Positions 38,656 through 47,153 of a DNA stretch of 64,000 nt are shown in pieces (the first letter of the stretch is position 1; each line of letters opens with the position of its first letter). Below the pieces are notes generated by a model. That model was not told where the DNA came from. It worked only from the letters and a program-made list of their open reading frames with translations, and made no database searches. A program made the translations under genes and the position numbers. Source of the DNA: an uncultured bacterium (GTDB lineage Bacteria; Omnitrophota; Omnitrophia; Omnitrophales; Aquincolibacteriaceae); the NCBI GenBank assembly GCA_964410905.1, contig CAYPIR010000011.1, forward strand, positions 1,813-65,812. The letters run 5' to 3'.

Positions 38656-40994
38656 TGAAAAGAGTTTTTTTATGGTTGTTCTTAGTAGGCATTTTGAGCG
38701 CAAATACCTTACCTTTGATTTATGCTGACGCAAACTCAGGTGATAGCGGCAACGCAGCGAATCCTTCCGTTTCGTCTTCGTCTACAGGTAAGGCTATATC
38801 TGAAATTGAGGTTCGTGGGAATAAAATCGTTAGCACCAATACAATTTTGAGTAAAGTCCAGAGCCAGCAAGGCGTAGCGTTGAAGCAGCAGACGGTAAAT
38901 GAAGATATTAAGCGTCTCTACGCGACAGGTTTTTTTGATGATGTTAGGCTGGAAGTAGAGGATTTGTCATCAGGGTATAAATTGATAGTCAACGTGAGCG
39001 AGAAACCGATTGTAAAGCAAATTATTGTCGAGGCCGGAACCGCTTTTAAAGAAGATAAGATTCGCAAAACGTTAGGCGTTATAGAAGGACAGATTTTAGA
39101 TCGCAGCGCGGTGAAAAAAGGCGAAGCGGAAATCAAAAAACTTTATGCGAATAAAGGTTACAGATTTGTCGATGTTGAAACTTCCATGGAGGAAGACGCG
39201 CAGCAAAAAGAAGCCACTATAAAAGTAAAAATCACCGAAGGCAAAAAATATAAAATCGATAAAATTTCTTTTGAAGGAAATCACGCGTTTACAAATAAAG
39301 AACTTCGCAAGTTGATGAAAACGAAGGCGAAAATGTGGTTCCTTTTTGGAACGCTTAAGGAAGAGGATTTTGAAAAAGACATTGAAAACCTGACCTTCTT
39401 TCATCAAAAAGAAGGTTATCTTGACGCGAAAGTCGCGCCCGAATTTACGTATAACAAAGAAAAAGATACTATACAAGTCCTTATCAAAATTGAGGAGGGC
39501 GCGCATTACGAGACTGGAGCGGTTTCATTTAAGGGCAACAGCCTTTTCCCCGAATCCGAACTTTGGCAAGAAATTGAAATGTTGCCGGGGCTTTCTTACT
39601 CCCAATACTATGTAGCGCAGGATATTGAAAAGCTGCGTTATTTTTATTCAAGTCAGGGATACATTGAAGCGCGAATTGTTCCTGATGTGCGAATGAACAG
39701 CGGGACGCACAAAATTGATGTAACTTACGAAATACAAGAAGGCGAACTCTTTTTTGTAGATCGAATTCAAATTCGCGGGAACACAAAAACACGCGACAAA
39801 GTAATCCGCCGCGAACTTCGCGTCCGTCCCGGCGAACGCTTTGATGGAAAGAAAATTGAAAAGTCCAAAGAGCGTCTTCAGAATTTAAATTACTTTGAAG
39901 AAATCACTTATGATACGGAACCGTCGGACACGGAGCCTAACAAAAAAGATCTTATCTTTCGCGTTAAAGAAAAACGGACAGGCGAGCTTTCATTCGGCGG
40001 CGGAGTTAGTTCTGTCGATGCATTTATGGGATTCGCGGAAATTTCTCAGCGTAACTTTGACATTTTAAATTGGCCAAGGCTTACAGGCGGCGGACAAAGT
40101 TTATCTCTTCGCGGACAAATTGGAACAATTAGGCAAGAATACGATTTGAATTTTGTTGAGCCTTATCTTTTCAATAAGCCTATTTCTTGGGGCACAAATA
40201 TTTATGCCACAGAGCAGGATAACGACAACACTCTTTTTGGCGAAAAACGCATGGGCGCGTCCACATCAATTTCCCGACTCTTTAAGGACGTGTTGAGGCT
40301 TGGAACAGGATACACCATGGAACGAGTTAAGTTGGAAGAGATTGTCGGCGGCGCTCCAAAATCCGTCACGGATTTCAAAGGACCGGAGTGGCTTTCCCGC
40401 GGACGTATTTTTGCGACATTTGATAATCGCGATAATGTGATGAATCCAACTAAAGGACGCGTTGCAAATATAAGCGGCGAACTTGTCGGCAGTTTTTTAA
40501 GTGGCGACCGTGATTACTACATATTTAAAACAGGATATACAGAATATTTTACATTTTTTCAAAAGCATCAAATAGAGCTTCAGACGCGTCTCGCCACAAT
40601 AGATTCACTGGGAGATGACGATGTTTCTCCAGCATATGACAGATTTTTTGCTGGAGGACTTGGAACGGTTCGCGGTTTTGATTATCACAGAGTCGGACCT
40701 CAGTGGAACGGTCAAGCACTAGGCGGACAAACGATGGCTATTGTTAATATCGATTATACATTTCCGCTGCCAAAACTTGACGCGTTTAGAGGAGTCGTTT
40801 TTATTGACGCGGGGCAAGTAAATGCGGATTCGTATAAAATAGACGCCGGAGAGTTTTGCGTCAGTGTTGGACCTGGTATTAAAATCAAAACTCCTATCGG
40901 GCCGCTTGCGTTTTACTATGGACTCCCCATTAAAAATAAATCTGACAAAGATAAAAATGGGCGTTTTGAATTTAGTCTTAGCAAAAGTTTCTAA
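38655..40994 (+). CDS. bamA: Outer membrane protein assembly factor BamA
   Basis: 779 aa. Signal peptide, five POTRA-like repeats (e.g. ISFEGNHAFTNKELRKLM, IQIRGNTKTRDKVIRREL) and a C-terminal 16-strand barrel region ending ..FEFSLSKSF. Confidence 0.85.
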   Translation: MKRVFLWLFLVGILSANTLPLIYADANSGDSGNAANPSVSSSSTGKAISEIEVRGNKIVSTNTILSKVQSQQGVALKQQTVNEDIKRLYATGFFDDVRLEVEDLSSGYKLIVNVSEKPIVKQIIVEAGTAFKEDKIRKTLGVIEGQILDRSAVKKGEAEIKKLYANKGYRFVDVETSMEEDAQQKEATIKVKITEGKKYKIDKISFEGNHAFTNKELRKLMKTKAKMWFLFGTLKEEDFEKDIENLTFFHQKEGYLDAKVAPEFTYNKEKDTIQVLIKIEEGAHYETGAVSFKGNSLFPESELWQEIEMLPGLSYSQYYVAQDIEKLRYFYSSQGYIEARIVPDVRMNSGTHKIDVTYEIQEGELFFVDRIQIRGNTKTRDKVIRRELRVRPGERFDGKKIEKSKERLQNLNYFEEITYDTEPSDTEPNKKDLIFRVKEKRTGELSFGGGVSSVDAFMGFAEISQRNFDILNWPRLTGGGQSLSLRGQIGTIRQEYDLNFVEPYLFNKPISWGTNIYATEQDNDNTLFGEKRMGASTSISRLFKDVLRLGTGYTMERVKLEEIVGGAPKSVTDFKGPEWLSRGRIFATFDNRDNVMNPTKGRVANISGELVGSFLSGDRDYYIFKTGYTEYFTFFQKHQIELQTRLATIDSLGDDDVSPAYDRFFAGGLGTVRGFDYHRVGPQWNGQALGGQTMAIVNIDYTFPLPKLDAFRGVVFIDAGQVNADSYKIDAGEFCVSVGPGIKIKTPIGPLAFYYGLPIKNKSDKDKNGRFEFSLSKSF

Positions 40995-41014
40995 TTTAAA
41001 GAACGGATTCTAAA

Positions 41015-41767
41015 ATGATAAGAAAAAAATTTTTACTTTCAGCGTTGGCGGGCGTGTTAAGTTTTTCTTTTCTAATTCCTTTTGCGTTTTCAACCGAACG
41101 TTGCTGCGAACAAGAATATCCCAAAGTAACAGTGCAGGGAGAGGGAAAAATTGAAACGGCTCCCGATAAAGCGAGTTTTAATTTCAATCTTCGCGTAGAA
41201 GAGAAAAAACTAGAAAAAGCGTTTGAAGAAAGCTCTAATCGGATTAATAAAACATCTGCCGCTTTAGCGAAACTTGGTATCCGAAGCGAGGATATAAAAA
41301 ATCAGGGTTACTCCTATCAGCCTTTATATGAAGGAAAGAAGTTTTTTTCAACCATAGATAAACCCAGCAGCTATGAAGTTACTTATACATTGAAGGTAAC
41401 AGTGCTTAGTCTTGATAATCTCGGTAAGATTTTGAATGCTCTTTCCGAAATCCCAGAAAGCCGTGTGGAGAATTTGGAGTTTGCTTCAATGAAAATTGAC
41501 GATTTAAAACGAGACGTTTTGAAAAAAGCCGCGGAAGACGCAAGACTTAAAGCGGCAAAATTGGCGGAAGGCGCCGGAGCAGCGATTGATTCGGTTTTAA
41601 ATATTTCATCGTATGTAAGCGGAGGCTATAGACCCGTAATGAAAATGGCGATGGCAGACGATGCGGCGATGTTGAAGACGGCATCATCCGCGTCTATTGC
41701 GCCATCTATAGAGTCAGGAACAATAGAAGTTTCCGCGCAATGCACAGTTGTTTATTCATTAAAATAA
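41015..41767 (+). CDS. SIMPL/DUF541-family periplasmic protein
   Basis: Signal peptide, then VTVQGEGKIETAPDKASFNFNLRVEEK and the typical two-lobed SIMPL pattern. Inserted between bamA and skp. Confidence 0.65.
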   Translation: MIRKKFLLSALAGVLSFSFLIPFAFSTERCCEQEYPKVTVQGEGKIETAPDKASFNFNLRVEEKKLEKAFEESSNRINKTSAALAKLGIRSEDIKNQGYSYQPLYEGKKFFSTIDKPSSYEVTYTLKVTVLSLDNLGKILNALSEIPESRVENLEFASMKIDDLKRDVLKKAAEDARLKAAKLAEGAGAAIDSVLNISSYVSGGYRPVMKMAMADDAAMLKTASSASIAPSIESGTIEVSAQCTVVYSLK

Positions 41768-41792
41768 TCTAAACCTCAATCAAGGAGAATAT

Positions 41793-42302
41793 ATGAAAAA
41801 GGCAATGCGTTTTTTCGCAGTGTTTTTCACGGTAGCATTTCTTGTTTCTTCGGTCGGATTTGCGGCAGAGTTGAAAGTCGCGTTTGTTGAAGTGAGTGAT
41901 GTGTTTGACGGCTATCAAAAGACAAAAGATCAGGATTTGCTTTTGAAAACGGCAGGTGAAGCAAAGGAAAAAGAACGCACGGATATCACTAACAAGATTC
42001 GCGCCATGGAAGATGAGCTTGCGCTTCTTTCCGCGGATACTCGTGGCAAAAAACAAGAACAATTGATAGAAGAAAAACGAAAACTCGAAGATTTTGACCG
42101 CAATGTCCGTCAACAGCTTGCTGAGCAGCGTGACAAAGTTGTTCGTGAAATTTTTGAAGAAATCGATAAAGTGATACAAGAAATCCGTGAAAAAGAAGGA
42201 TACGATATGATTTTTAATAAACGCGTTCTTCTAGCTCAAAAATCGGAGTTTGATTTAACAGAAAAAGTTTCTACCGAGCTCGCGAAGCGATATAAAAAAT
42301 AA
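41793..42302 (+). CDS. skp: Periplasmic chaperone Skp (OmpH family)
   Basis: 169 aa. Signal peptide, then the ELKVAFVEVSDVFDGYQKTKD start of the OmpH fold, then long coiled-coil helices. Canonical position after bamA. Confidence 0.7.
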   Translation: MKKAMRFFAVFFTVAFLVSSVGFAAELKVAFVEVSDVFDGYQKTKDQDLLLKTAGEAKEKERTDITNKIRAMEDELALLSADTRGKKQEQLIEEKRKLEDFDRNVRQQLAEQRDKVVREIFEEIDKVIQEIREKEGYDMIFNKRVLLAQKSEFDLTEKVSTELAKRYKK

Positions 42303-42318
42303 GCGGTATATCTAAGAC

Positions 42319-43611
42319 GTGATTAAGCAGCAAACAATAAAAGCAAAAGTTTCGCTAGAGGGCGTTGGACTTCATACCGGAAATAAAATTAGGGTAACGC
42401 TATGCCCAGAGCCAGCCGACAGCGGCGTTTCGTTTTGTCGTGTCGATCTAGATGCGAATTTAAAAGCCTCTGCCACATTTGAAAATGTTAGAACGGATGA
42501 GCTTCGTCAAACTTCCATTATTGTTGGAAAAGGGCGAGTGAGGACGGTAGAGCATTTGATGTCGGTATTTCACGGGCTTGGGATAGATAATATAACCGTT
42601 GAGATAGACGGCGATGAAGTCCCCGGAATGGATGGAAGCGCGTTAGAGTTTGTTAAAGCCATTCAGGCGGTTGGCTTGGAGCAACAAGACGCTCCGCGTA
42701 AGTTTCTTGAAATAAAAGAAACGGTAGTTGTTGATCGCGGCGATCAATCAATAGTCATTGTGCCGGCGGCCGCTTTCTCTGTTTCTTATACTCTTAGCTA
42801 TCGCGATCCAAACCTTTTAGACCAAAATGCTACATTTGTCATAACACCGGAAATTTTTTTGAAAGAACTTGCTCCTGCTAGGACGTTTTGTCTCAAGAAA
42901 GAGGCCGAGCAACTTTTGGCTTTGGGACTTGGCAAAGGCGCTAACCCAAACAACACACTGATTTTTGAAAATAATAAACCGATAGAAACAACATTAAGAT
43001 TTGAAAATGAACCGTGTCGCCATAAAATCACAGATATTATCGGCGACCTTTTTTTATGCGGAAAATTTATCCGCGGACATGTTATCGCTTCGCGAAGCGG
43101 GCATGCTCTTAACTCTGAAATAGTGAGGAAATTAACCATGAGTGAAAATGCGCAAACTCCACAAAATAATTTAGGAACTTTGAACGTGGAGCAAATCCAA
43201 AAAATCATTCCGCATCGTTACCCGTTTCTTTTTGTCGATAGAGTTGAAAATCTCGTCCCGGGTGAACGAGCGACAGGATTTAAAAATGTAACGATGAACG
43301 ATTATTTTTTTCAAGGGCATTTCCCCGGACATCCAGTCATGCCGGGGGTCTTGATTGTTGAGGCGATGGCGCAAGTTGGCGGCGTGATTATGCTTCAAGA
43401 ACCGGAAAATGTCGGAAAAATCGCTTATTTTATGAGCGTTGATTCTGTTAAATGGCGAAAACCGGTATTGCCCGGCGATACGCTTAGAATGGAAGTTGTG
43501 GTTGTAAAAAAACGCTCGTCATTTGGACAATGCGAAGGCAAGGCCTATGTTGGCGACAAACTAGTATGCGAAGCAGATGTAAAGTTCGCAGTGGTTGATA
43601 GGGAGCAATAA
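42319..43611 (+). CDS. lpxC/fabZ: Bifunctional UDP-3-O-acyl-GlcNAc deacetylase / 3-hydroxyacyl-ACP dehydratase (LpxC-FabZ fusion)
   Basis: The N-terminal ~290 aa carry LpxC motifs (KQQTIKAKVSLEGVGLHTG.., HKITDIIGDL, GHALNSEIVRKL). The C-terminal ~145 aa are a FabZ hot-dog (IPHRYPFLFVDRV.., FFQGHFPGHPVMPGVLIVEAMAQ). Confidence 0.85.
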   Translation: MIKQQTIKAKVSLEGVGLHTGNKIRVTLCPEPADSGVSFCRVDLDANLKASATFENVRTDELRQTSIIVGKGRVRTVEHLMSVFHGLGIDNITVEIDGDEVPGMDGSALEFVKAIQAVGLEQQDAPRKFLEIKETVVVDRGDQSIVIVPAAAFSVSYTLSYRDPNLLDQNATFVITPEIFLKELAPARTFCLKKEAEQLLALGLGKGANPNNTLIFENNKPIETTLRFENEPCRHKITDIIGDLFLCGKFIRGHVIASRSGHALNSEIVRKLTMSENAQTPQNNLGTLNVEQIQKIIPHRYPFLFVDRVENLVPGERATGFKNVTMNDYFFQGHFPGHPVMPGVLIVEAMAQVGGVIMLQEPENVGKIAYFMSVDSVKWRKPVLPGDTLRMEVVVVKKRSSFGQCEGKAYVGDKLVCEADVKFAVVDREQ

Positions 43612-44378
43612 TGATTCATCCTACAGCAATTGTTCACCCTGATGCTCAAATAGGCGAAGGCGTAGAAATTGGACCTTGGGCTATTGTCGCGGGAACTGTT
43701 CAAATCGGCGCGCGGACAAAAGTTGGCGCTCGCGTAACTATAGAAGGCAACACCATAATCGGCGAAGACAACACCATTTTTACAGGCGCTGTCGTGGGCA
43801 GTTTGACACAGGATAGAAAATTTGACGGCGGTAAAAGTTATCTTCGCATTGGAAACCGCAACATCATCCGTGAATATTCGACGTTTAATCCCGGCACGCT
43901 TGATGGAACCGAAACGGTTGTGGGAGACGATAACCTTTTAATGGCGTATTGCCACGTAGCGCACGATTGCGTTATCGGAAACGGCGCGACTCTCGCCAAT
44001 AACGCGACTCTCGCCGGGCACGTGATAGTGGAAGACAAAGCAATACTTGGCGGATTGAGCGCCGTGCATCAATTTGTCCGAGTCGGAAAACTTTCCATCA
44101 CAGGTGGCTGTTCTAAAATTACGCAAGATATTCCTCCTTTTGTTATGGTCGATGGCCATCCCGCGAGAGCGTTTGGAATTAACTCTATAGGGCTCGATCG
44201 CGCTGGATTTTCTTCAAATGAAAAATCTATAATTAAAAAAGCCTTCAAAATTATTTTTAAATCGGGATTAATACTTAAAAATGCTATTAGTCAAATTCAG
44301 CAAGACCTTCCTCAAACCCCTTCTATTCAGACCATACTGGAATTTTTGGAGAAGTCCGAAAGAGGCATCTGCGGATAA
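43611..44378 (+). CDS. lpxA: Acyl-ACP--UDP-N-acetylglucosamine O-acyltransferase
   Basis: MIHPTAIVHPDAQIGEGVEIGPWAIV begins a left-handed beta-helix of hexapeptide repeats, with an LpxA-specific C-terminal helical domain. Its start overlaps the lpxC/fabZ stop. Confidence 0.85.
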   Translation: MIHPTAIVHPDAQIGEGVEIGPWAIVAGTVQIGARTKVGARVTIEGNTIIGEDNTIFTGAVVGSLTQDRKFDGGKSYLRIGNRNIIREYSTFNPGTLDGTETVVGDDNLLMAYCHVAHDCVIGNGATLANNATLAGHVIVEDKAILGGLSAVHQFVRVGKLSITGGCSKITQDIPPFVMVDGHPARAFGINSIGLDRAGFSSNEKSIIKKAFKIIFKSGLILKNAISQIQQDLPQTPSIQTILEFLEKSERGICG

Positions 44379-44424
44379 ACTATTTGCGTAAGTGATATAG
44401 ATTCAAAATTTCTGGAGCAGCAAA

Positions 44425-45261
44425 ATGAAAACACTGGGAATAATTGCCGGTAATGGACGCTTCCCAATTCTTGTGGCAAAGGAAGCCAAAAAAGAAGACT
44501 ATCGCGTGGTCGTATGCGCTATTGAGCAAGAAGCCGAACCTTCGCTTGTCGATTTCTCAGATGCGTTCCGCTGGATGAAAATAGGAGAGATGAAACGACT
44601 CACTAATTTTTTTGCTGCGGAAGGAGTTCATGAAGCGGTTATGGCTGGCAAGGTTGAAAAAGTTAGACTTTTCAAAGAAAACGTTCGCCTTGATTTGGAT
44701 ATGATGGCGATACTTGTCAAGCTTAAAGACCACAAGGACGACTCTCTTCTTGGCGGCATCGCTGATTACCTATTTAAAAAAGGCGTAACGCTTCAAGATT
44801 CCACATTTCTTTTAAAACATTTGATGCCCGGCGCGGGAGTTTTGGGGAAGCGTTCGCCGTCAAAAGCAATACTTGAAAATATTAATTTTGGTTTTGAAAT
44901 GGCAAAGAAAATCTCGGGAGCGGATATCGGGCAGACCGTTGTTGTAAAAAATAAAGTGGTGCTTGCTGTTGAGGCGATAGAGGGAACGGACGAAGCAATA
45001 AAGCGTGGTGCCGAACTTGGGCGGGGAAAGATAGTGGTTGTAAAAGTCGCAAAACCCAATCAGGATATGCGCTTTGATGTGCCAGCGGTCGGGCTTAAAA
45101 CACTTGAAGGATTAATAGCGGCACGAGCTGAAGCGCTTGCGTTTGAAGCAAATAAAACACTTTTTATAGGGCAGGAAATTTTCGTAGAGAAAGCCAACCG
45201 TGCCGGCATCGTGCTTTACGGCATAGAAGAAAAGCTGACAGAAACAAAAATAAATGACTAG
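44425..45261 (+). CDS. lpxI: UDP-2,3-diacylglucosamine pyrophosphatase LpxI (DUF1009)
   Basis: LGIIAGNGRFPILVAKEAKK N-terminus and overall 278-aa length match LpxI. Sits between lpxA and the next gene, where lpxI lies in LpxH-lacking lineages. Confidence 0.65.
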   Translation: MKTLGIIAGNGRFPILVAKEAKKEDYRVVVCAIEQEAEPSLVDFSDAFRWMKIGEMKRLTNFFAAEGVHEAVMAGKVEKVRLFKENVRLDLDMMAILVKLKDHKDDSLLGGIADYLFKKGVTLQDSTFLLKHLMPGAGVLGKRSPSKAILENINFGFEMAKKISGADIGQTVVVKNKVVLAVEAIEGTDEAIKRGAELGRGKIVVVKVAKPNQDMRFDVPAVGLKTLEGLIAARAEALAFEANKTLFIGQEIFVEKANRAGIVLYGIEEKLTETKIND

Positions 45262-46834
45262 CGGAAAAACAAAAGTATCAAAGCCCGCCTCACGCGAAAG
45301 CAGAGAAATCGAAGCCATTTATGAAGTAACGCGTCAAATGAGCGCGCCGTTTTCTTTGGAAGATCGCCTCCGCAATGTTCTTAATTCTTTACATCAAAAA
45401 ATGGGAATGCATCGTGGAACGCTCGCAATTCTTGACGCGGAAGGTGAAAATCTCACAATAGAAATTGCCCATAGCATAGATGATCAAGCGATTAAAAAAG
45501 GGCGAAATAAGGTTGGCGAGGGAATAACGAGAAAAGTCGTTGAGGCGGGAGAGCCGATAGTGGTTTCTAATATCGGTGAAGAACCGCTTTTTTTAGACAT
45601 AACTGGGATACGGAAAGATTTTAAAAAAAATCGCATAGCGTTTATTTGCATTCCTATAAAAATTGACCAAAAAACAATAGGCGCGCTTAGTGTTGATAGG
45701 CTTTTTGAAGAAAATGTTTCGTTAGATGAGGATCTAAGACTTCTTACTATTATTAGTTTTGTTATCGCACAAGCCGTCGCGAACTTTCGTCTGAGAGAAC
45801 AAGAAAAGGAAAAACTGCAGACAGAGAATATTCAGCTTAAGCGAGAACTAGCCAAAAAATTTCATCCGACAAATATTATTGGCGAAAGTAAACGGATGGA
45901 AGAAGTTTACGAAGCTATTGATATGGTGAGCCGCACGCGTTCGACAGTGCTTATTCGCGGGGAAACTGGAACGGGTAAAGAACTAGTAGCCCACGCAATT
46001 CATTACGGAAGTTTTAGATTTAAAGGACCGTTTGTAAAAGTGTCATGCGCGGCTCTTCCTGAAACTCTTCTTGAAAGTGAGCTGTTTGGCTATGAAAAAG
46101 GAGCGTTTACAGGAGCAGTGAATCAAAAGCCCGGTCGTTTTGAAATGGCGGATGGCGGGACGCTTTTTTTAGATGAAGTGGGCGATATATCCGCGGCAAT
46201 GCAGATAAAACTTCTGCGTGCGTTGCAGGAACGCGAGTTTGAGAGAGTCGGCGGGACGCAAACCATATGCGTGGATGTTCGAGTGATTGCCGCGACAAAT
46301 AAAGATTTGGAAAGAGCGGTTCGGGAGAATCAATTTAGAGAAGATCTTTATTATCGTTTGAATGTTGTTCCGATTTTTTTGCCGCCGCTTCGTGAACGCA
46401 GAGAAGATATTCCGCTTCTTGTTACGCATTTTTTAAAGAAAGCGGCAATTGAGAATGGGAAAAAAGTCCGCTACGTTTCGGACGATGCCATGAAGTATTT
46501 GATGGGATACGCGTGGCCGGGCAATATTCGTGAATTGATGAATGTTATTGAACGTGCGGTTTTGCTTTGCAAAACAGACACCATCGAACCAGATGTATTT
46601 CCCATACCCGGCAGAAAAAATCAACCGACTTCTATTTATATTAACTCTTTGCCTGAAAAAGTTGTTCTTGGGAAACCTTCCGCTTTGCTTTCTGAGGCTG
46701 TGGAAGAATTAGAGAGGAAAATGATACAAAACGCTTTGGAGAAAAATTCTGGGAATCAACGCAAAACGGCAAAAGAGTTAGGAATTACTGAAAGAGTTTT
46801 GGGATACAAAATAAGAGGCTACGGTCTTAAGTAA
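45254..46834 (+). CDS. Sigma-54-dependent transcriptional activator (GAF - AAA+ - Fis-type HTH; NifA-like architecture)
   Basis: N-terminal GAF-like domain. AAA+ sigma-54 interaction domain with Walker A GETGTGKE, GAFTGA motif (EKGAFTGA) and Walker B LFLDEVGD. C-terminal HTH (QRKTAKELGITERVLGYKIRGYGL). Confidence 0.9.
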   Translation: MTSGKTKVSKPASRESREIEAIYEVTRQMSAPFSLEDRLRNVLNSLHQKMGMHRGTLAILDAEGENLTIEIAHSIDDQAIKKGRNKVGEGITRKVVEAGEPIVVSNIGEEPLFLDITGIRKDFKKNRIAFICIPIKIDQKTIGALSVDRLFEENVSLDEDLRLLTIISFVIAQAVANFRLREQEKEKLQTENIQLKRELAKKFHPTNIIGESKRMEEVYEAIDMVSRTRSTVLIRGETGTGKELVAHAIHYGSFRFKGPFVKVSCAALPETLLESELFGYEKGAFTGAVNQKPGRFEMADGGTLFLDEVGDISAAMQIKLLRALQEREFERVGGTQTICVDVRVIAATNKDLERAVRENQFREDLYYRLNVVPIFLPPLRERREDIPLLVTHFLKKAAIENGKKVRYVSDDAMKYLMGYAWPGNIRELMNVIERAVLLCKTDTIEPDVFPIPGRKNQPTSIYINSLPEKVVLGKPSALLSEAVEELERKMIQNALEKNSGNQRKTAKELGITERVLGYKIRGYGLK

Positions 46835-46854
46835 TGTCTACAAAAATGTAGACA
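46835..46854. promoter_or_regulatory. Perfect palindrome TGTCTACAaaaaTGTAGACA: candidate enhancer (UAS) site and/or terminator hairpin
   Basis: 8-bp arms with a 4-nt centre, 1 nt after the activator stop codon. The TGTCTAC/GTAGACA core recurs in two further palindromes nearby. Confidence 0.45.
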
Positions 46855-46864
46855 CGGGCAATTT

Positions 46865-46891
46865 TTCTACAAAATTGTAGAATTTTGTTTT
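46865..46891 (+). terminator. Hairpin TTCTACAAaaTTGTAGAA followed by a T-run: candidate intrinsic terminator of the activator gene, or a second UAS palindrome
   Basis: 8-bp inverted repeat sharing the TCTACA/TGTAGA core, followed by TTTTGTTTT. Confidence 0.4.
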
Positions 46892-46955
46892 AGTATAGAC
46901 GTAGATTGCGCATGCCGGTTAATTTAGACGGGTCTAGTTCTAAAGTTATCCTTGT

Positions 46956-46981
46956 GTATGTCTACTAATTAGTTGACATAC
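46956..46981. promoter_or_regulatory. 26-nt near-perfect palindrome GTATGTCtACTAATTAGTtGACATAC: candidate enhancer-binding site
   Basis: Symmetric apart from two mirrored positions. Shares the TGTCTAC core with the palindromes at 46835 and 46865. About 80 nt upstream of the -24/-12 promoter. Confidence 0.4.
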
Positions 46982-46994
46982 ACACGATCGACTT

Positions 46995-47100
46995 GCGTCG
47001 GTGGCCAATTCGCTGATACGAAACGGCGAGTTGCCTTTGTCATACTCGTCCGATACGCATTCTGGTATAGATTTTGCTTTTATTTATGTCTGACGAATGG
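46995..47100 (+). repeat. Degenerate copy of the same repeat family, overlapping the glnA3 sigma-54 promoter region
   Basis: CCAATTCGCTGATAC (47005-19) and ..TACTCGTCCGATACGCATTCTG match 14291-14305 and 14328-14350. The translated peptide ANSLIRNGELPLSYSSDTHS matches ATNSPIHNSESASQYSSTTS of ORF 14241. Confidence 0.45.
47062..47078 (+). promoter_or_regulatory. Sigma-54 (-24/-12) promoter cTGGTATagatTTTGCt upstream of glnA3
   Basis: GG at 47064-47065 and GC at 47076-47077 have the exact consensus spacing (TGGCAC-N5-TTGC). It is ~75 nt upstream of the GS start codon and downstream of the palindromic sites and the activator gene. Confidence 0.5.
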
Positions 47101-47153
47101 ATTTTATGCTTTTTAAGAGAAATAAAGACAATTTAAACTAAAGGGGGAAGGCA

